From positions 101,724-165,723 of the IMG/VR virus record IMGVR_UViG_3300013383_000014: a stretch of DNA of 64,000 bases, one strand, 5' to 3'. The position numbers were made by a program, and so were the translations under genes. The DNA comes from a virus (taxonomy: Duplodnaviria; Caudoviricetes). Shown here piece by piece: positions 59,588-64,000 of this stretch. Positions within the stretch are counted from its first letter, which is position 1. The number at the start of each line of letters is the position of its first letter. The notes under the pieces are model-generated. The model had not been told where the DNA came from and did not search any database. It saw nothing but the letters and a program-made list of their open reading frames with translations.

Positions 59588-60780
59588 TATATATCTTTTT
59601 CTAAACGAACAGCCTTTCAAACTGGCTGGAGTGGTACACCATCGTCAGACAGATAAAAATACGTACAGGTTGCTGGTCTACCTTTTATCTGACTTTCAAA
59701 ATTGGCATACAAATCATTTTTAACTTCACGAGAACCCATTGGTTTCGCCTTAAATTGCTTCCCATCAGCAGTTTCCATAACAAAAACCATATCTTCAATT
59801 CCACGTAAACCTAGTTCAATTCCAATTGTCTTAAATTCAGAGTCTAGTCTAGATTTTAACTTAATCATATCTCTGGCCCCTGGATTGTACTTTTTATTCG
59901 GATCTCGCAATACAGCACCCTCTCAGCCTTCAGAGACGTACTGGTCATGCAATTTCCACATCAATTTTTCATCGTTCGGAATTTTAACTTGTGGTAGCAT
60001 CTGTACCATTAATTCATCATCTCCAAAGGTTTTCTCTGGATCAAACCCTAAATTGAGTTCCTTTTGGATCTCTTGTAGGATTTTATATCTTTCTTCAAAA
60101 GTCTTTTCAGTGTCTACAATATCATAAATATAATATTGCAACTTAAAAGGCAATTCTCCATCTTCGAGTCTTGCGCACCCAGATAAATTTTGTAGGCTCT
60201 TTCCAAAAACAAAGAGTTCTCCATCTGTCTGTATATCAGGATGTTGCCTAAAAAACTCTATAAATTTAGGATGATTCCTTATATGTGCTGTAGCGTAATC
60301 ATAATTGCCACCTCCTCTTGACGCACTACGTACTTGTGTGCCATCCCAGTAGAAGAGATTTCTCGTTCCGTCGATCTTTTTACTTATGTATCAATGAGTT
60401 ACACGACTAAGAGCACTTTTTGAAACGTTTTGAATTAACTTGGCCAACATCGGTTTTACTGCACCTTGTTGGTCTTGTTTTGTTTTAGGTACTGCCTTTT
60501 CTATATCATCTGGCATTGTGTCGAAAAGTTTATATCCCTTATCCAGATAACTCTTTACGTTGGAATTATACTCCAGTTCTGCCTGTTGTTCCAGTGTTCG
60601 TTTTACTTTTCCTTTGTCTATTACAATTTTAGGGTGGTCGACAAATTTACCACCAACAATGCCGGACTTGCGTGTTATTTCATAACTACTGCCGGACTTA
60701 TAACAAGAAATATTTATCTGTCTAATCTTTCCCTTTGAATCTCGTGTTAATAAAATGTTTGACTTACCAAAATCGCTCAT
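59587..60780 (-). CDS. ATP-dependent DNA ligase (397 aa, 3 TGA)
   Basis: KPMLA, W-YISKKIDGTR (motif I), DGEL, YDI, EG-W-EGAVLR (motif IV), MIKLK; TGA at 60391, 59923 and 59617. Confidence 0.93.
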
Positions 60781-60907
60781 AATTACAAACTGCTCTTTCT
60801 TCAGATTTTCCGGAATCATATCCTTTCAGATATGCCTCATCTATCAAGTTTTCTACGGTTTGTTTTTGTGCTGGAGTCAAACTACGAAAAAGTTCTTTCT
60901 TAGACAT
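60764..60907 (-). CDS. Hypothetical protein (47 aa)
   Basis: MSKKELFRSL..EAYLKGY..FW-TAA fills the gap. Confidence 0.5.
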   Translation of the reverse strand: MSKKELFRSLTPAQKQTVENLIDEAYLKGYDSGKSEERAVCNYERFW

Positions 60908-60917
60908 ATAAAATATA

Positions 60918-61418
60918 TTAAAATTCAGTTGCCAAAAGTTGTTTTACAAGAGCAAGCTTCTTAGGCTCCTGCATATAACGCACATACAATACCCAGAGAA
61001 GTTGTTTGTTTGTTATACCAGGATAATACACATCACCAATCTTTTCCTCAAAATCGATCGGCACTGCATCGGTACCAAGGATTGCATTTCCAGCATGCTT
61101 GGATAATTCAAAATAGCGATTTCCTACTGAATAAACATCTTTTGCAACCATTTGTGGCTCAGGATATTCCTCAGATGTATAAGTTATAGCATTTTCCTTT
61201 GGTTCGGGCTCTTCTGGCTTTACTACATGCACATAGCCGTTACAAGACTCAGCATCGTCTCTCTTTTCAATCTTCTTTTCGGCTTTCTTTTGTTCATCGG
61301 CCTTCTTATATGCATCTTTTACATAATCTTTACATTCGTCTTTTAGAGCCTTAATATCCTCTTTAGACAATCCAAGCACATTAAAAAGCTCGGACAAAAT
61401 ATCATTTTCTGTGTACAT
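60918..61418 (-). CDS. Hypothetical protein
   Basis: Intact ORF. Confidence 0.7.
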   Translation of the reverse strand: MYTENDILSELFNVLGLSKEDIKALKDECKDYVKDAYKKADEQKKAEKKIEKRDDAESCNGYVHVVKPEEPEPKENAITYTSEEYPEPQMVAKDVYSVGNRYFELSKHAGNAILGTDAVPIDFEEKIGDVYYPGITNKQLLWVLYVRYMQEPKKLALVKQLLATEF

Positions 61419-61426
61419 ATTTTATT

Positions 61427-61870
61427 CTATTTACCTGTTGATCCAAAACCACCTTCTCCACGATCTGTTGCACGGAGTTCTGTTACTTCGCTAAACTCAA
61501 TTGCACCTGTTATATCAAGATGAATCTGTGCAATGCGATCACCTACATTATATGGCTCCCCATTAGGATTTACTTTATAAAAGCAGCACATAATTTCTCC
61601 AACGTACGATTTGTCGATGGTACCCAACGAGTTACAGAGTTGGAGTCCGGTTTTATATATGCTACTCCTAGGACGAACGGTGAAACCAGCAATTACATCT
61701 CCATCACCTTTATCATCTATTTGTAACGCAAGTCCAGTACCATATCTGAAAACTCCAGGAGCAATCTCTTCTTTACTAGTGGCAACAAGATCATATGCAA
61801 AATCATCAGCATGTGCTTTCGTTGGCACAACTGCCTCTGGTACAAGCTTTTTAAAATTAACTTTAATCAT
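61427..61870 (-). CDS. dut: Trimeric dUTPase
   Basis: YDL, PRSS, GTID.SY.GEI, RIAQ, RGEGGFGSTG; start MIKVNF. Confidence 0.97.
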   Translation of the reverse strand: MIKVNFKKLVPEAVVPTKAHADDFAYDLVATSKEEIAPGVFRYGTGLALQIDDKGDGDVIAGFTVRPRSSIYKTGLQLCNSLGTIDKSYVGEIMCCFYKVNPNGEPYNVGDRIAQIHLDITGAIEFSEVTELRATDRGEGGFGSTGK

Positions 61871-62063
61871 TTTTAATATATAATTGACAACAGCATTTAT
61901 CCCTAAGTCTATAACTTTCGCAAGGACAATGCAGATCTCCATCATTTTCTTGGTGCGAACACGGGCACTCTCCGTTATTTTTCTCTATGCGGGTAAAAAT
62001 CGCATTTACTAGTTTATCGTTTGGGTTCAGAGACCAACCAGACTTTCTAAGAATTGTTATCAT
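61863..62063 (-). CDS. Ferredoxin-thioredoxin reductase catalytic-subunit-like protein
   Basis: LNPN..CPC..CPC..CCCQLY cysteine pattern. Confidence 0.8.
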   Translation of the reverse strand: MITILRKSGWSLNPNDKLVNAIFTRIEKNNGECPCSHQENDGDLHCPCESYRLRDKCCCQLYIKND

Positions 62064-62544
62064 GTTTCCAAAATTGTGATGTTTCGTCTCTCCAACCGGG
62101 CCCAATCGTGTAGTTACTATAAAATATACTATACTCGTAAAATCGTTGATTGGTAGTTGGACTAGTAAGAGGCCCTTTTTCTTCTATATAAGGTCCGAGT
62201 TTTATATAATCCCAGTTATATAAGTTGATTTCTTTCGAGAGTTCCTGTTTTCCAGAATACCAACCTGTTTTAACACCAAAAAATCGTAATTTAACGAATC
62301 TAGCAAGTTCGTCTATATATGCTGGGTCTTGGTCACCACCCATGAAACCAACACAAGTAATACCACTATTCGCATTTATAAGACGTTCTAGCTCTTCTTT
62401 TGTTAGTTCTATGCCAATATCATCAGCCAAGTAAGACGAGTGGCAATTTTTACACCCTTGTTTACAACCTGATATATTAATACAAAGTGCTATTTCCTTA
62501 GGAAACTCTCTAAGGCCGATCAACGTATCTACATATTTCAACAT
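62047..62544 (-). CDS. nrdG: Anaerobic ribonucleotide reductase activating protein
   Basis: SGCKQGCKNCHS radical-SAM motif, FMGGD, IKLGPY, TTNQRFY. Confidence 0.9.
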   Translation of the reverse strand: MLKYVDTLIGLREFPKEIALCINISGCKQGCKNCHSSYLADDIGIELTKEELERLINANSGITCVGFMGGDQDPAYIDELARFVKLRFFGVKTGWYSGKQELSKEINLYNWDYIKLGPYIEEKGPLTSPTTNQRFYEYSIFYSNYTIGPGWRDETSQFWKHDNNS

Positions 62545-63226
62545 ATTTTCTGAGATGATTAATTGTTGTTTCTGGTAATATAAATTTTTTTAACAGAATT
62601 TCAAGATATTCTCTATCGAGTTCCATTTTAAAATTTACAGCATCTGTGAATATTTTAAAATTTTTGTTAATCTTTTTATTAACTCGTCTAGAACGAACAC
62701 AATACGTATTATGCTTTGTTTTATAAATACCGTGCCCGAGCGTACTTAGAAATGTATTTATAGTTTTAGGGATCAAAATACATGTTTTTTCTGAATAACA
62801 CTTTGGGTAGATGCCCTCAATTTCGCAGATACAATCTTTATCTATATCACAACTATATTCCAATTTGTGTTCTGTGAATCACCTTTTAAAATTTGAATAA
62901 TATTTAAAATACTCAGAAACATATACGCCTTTTGCACCGTAGTTGGAATAACCATCTATATCTTTATAATAGCATCTCCGCTCTATATTCTTTCATATAA
63001 AATATATTGAAGTATCCACATTTCTGGCATCACAAACAAAACCAAATGCGTCTGGTTGATCAATGTTCTTAATTAGTCCGCTTTTTATTTCGTCTAATCG
63101 TTGAACATACTTCCGGGTGTATCCATCAAAATGACAATCATATAAATATCTATTTCTAACCTTTGTAGTGGATTTACTGTCTATAATTAATCAATCGCCA
63201 CAATTTTGTAGATATTTTTTTACCAT
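62510..63226 (-). CDS. HNH-related phage endonuclease (238 aa, 3 TGA)
   Basis: Y..W.....RCY...Y..YG.KGV.V..NF..W..DKD..YS..TC..IP..IN; TGA at 63191, 62993 and 62879. Confidence 0.8.
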
Positions 63227-63339
63227 AACAACCAATTAAGCCACAACACATAATAATCTTTAAAAGCCTTTGCGTCATCTGGAAGTACATCAAACAGATA
63301 ATATGCCCAGATAGCTTTTTTATTCCATCCAGCTCCCAT
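63220..63339 (-). CDS. Possible 39-aa Trp-rich peptide
   Basis: MGAGWNKK..WLNWLLW-TAA fills the gap. Confidence 0.35.
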   Translation of the reverse strand: MGAGWNKKAIWAYYLFDVLPDDAKAFKDYYVLWLNWLLW

Positions 63340-63727
63340 CGTCAATACTCTTTTTAATCTCTTCTTTAAGAGACTTATACACTTGCCTAGAAACGTACAA
63401 GTAATCTTTATAATCTTGTTCAGAAAGTTCAAAAGGTCGAAAACAAACATGCTGGAGCTCATAACAAGGTTCTTTTGAGTCATATTTAAATCCAGCAACA
63501 GACATGCACTGTTCTGGGTTTTTAAAACAACCTGGGTGGATAGTAACATTAGGATAATTTTTCATATGTGCACACCCATTATCGTCCCAATCATATTCGT
63601 CCTCATGTCCATAATAAGGATTAGGACTCCAAACAACAATATCTACATCTTTATTATCTGGTGGCGGATCAAACAGATACGTAGGTTTCCTAGACTCAAT
63701 ATTTCCAACTCTAATATACTTGTTCAT
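63320..63727 (-). CDS. Hypothetical protein
   Basis: Intact ORF. Confidence 0.7.
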   Translation of the reverse strand: MNKYIRVGNIESRKPTYLFDPPPDNKDVDIVVWSPNPYYGHEDEYDWDDNGCAHMKNYPNVTIHPGCFKNPEQCMSVAGFKYDSKEPCYELQHVCFRPFELSEQDYKDYLYVSRQVYKSLKEEIKKSIDDGSWME

Positions 63728-63905
63728 CGTAATCTCCTACTTCAAATTGTTTGTAAAAATCATCGACTTCCATTCACGCGATTTCATCTGGCTGGAAATC
63801 GTTTTTATTAAACAAAAAGTCTTCCACTTGATCACTAGTGTCAAATGGAAGACCTCTCATATACAATATTTTACCTAAATTATAATCTAAAACGACTATA
63901 TTCAT
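63711..63905 (-). CDS. Hypothetical protein (64 aa)
   Basis: ATG 63905; TGA 63774 read through to TAG 63711. Confidence 0.6.
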
Positions 63906-64000
63906 TAATAAGAATCGTAAAAATATACTTTTAAATCTGGGTGTTCCTTGTAGTACTCCTTGAACCATTCTAAGAAAATAATATTTTTATAAAAGTGTTT
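63905..64000 (-). CDS. 3' end of a gene truncated by the window edge
   Basis: Open frame ..LKVYFYDSY-TAA overlapping the next ATG. Confidence 0.55.
   Translation of the reverse strand, partial: KHFYKNIIFLEWFKEYYKEHPDLKVYFYDSY

Larger units (their letters stand above)
1..64000. other. Crassvirales (crAss-like) phage genome segment using TGA=Trp
   Basis: Gene order of tail tubular, IHF-like, muzzle, cargo proteins and giant virion RNAP, then a convergent replication block with RepL, MoxR-VWA and ThyX; Bacteroidetes TTTG-N19/20-TAnnTTTG promoters; consecutive ORF fragments share a frame and are separated only by TGA. Confidence 0.95.

Noticed and set aside
1051-63905. TGA as Gly or Sec, or a Mollicute (code 4) chromosome
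   Set aside because: TGA falls at Trp-type motif positions, and the gene content and promoters indicate a Bacteroidetes phage

Overview
This window is part of a crAss-like (Crassvirales) phage genome from a Bacteroidetes host, and TGA in it is read as Trp (code 4-like). The fragmented ORF track is an artefact of using the standard code. With TGA=Trp, the + strand (1-45636) resolves into about 17 intact, closely packed genes. These include capsid-associated and tail/muzzle proteins, DUF192 and five large putative ejected proteins, among them a 2794-aa protein with an SF1 helicase domain, a 3069-aa virion RNA polymerase (DYDID motif plus a HExxH domain) and a 1531-aa protein with a RecB-type nuclease domain. 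The convergent - strand (46074-64000) carries replication and nucleotide-metabolism genes: RepL-like, dNMP kinase, MoxR/VWA, ThyX, thioredoxin, GlyA, RNA ligase, DNA ligase, dUTPase, an FTR-like protein and NrdG. Four free-standing endonucleases of four families are present. Unexplained structure includes repeated cassettes of AT-rich motif + 21/22-bp iteron-like repeats + host promoter + wHTH/Rep gene (two share an identical 19-mer), a strongly gene-specific TGA distribution, a gene starting ATG-TGA, an unannotated promoter-terminator unit, terminal Cys pairs on the giant proteins, and a recurrent K(F/Y)xxGG motif. No tRNA, rRNA or CRISPR array was found. Coordinates and codon counts were made by hand, and family assignments come from motif recognition, not database searches.
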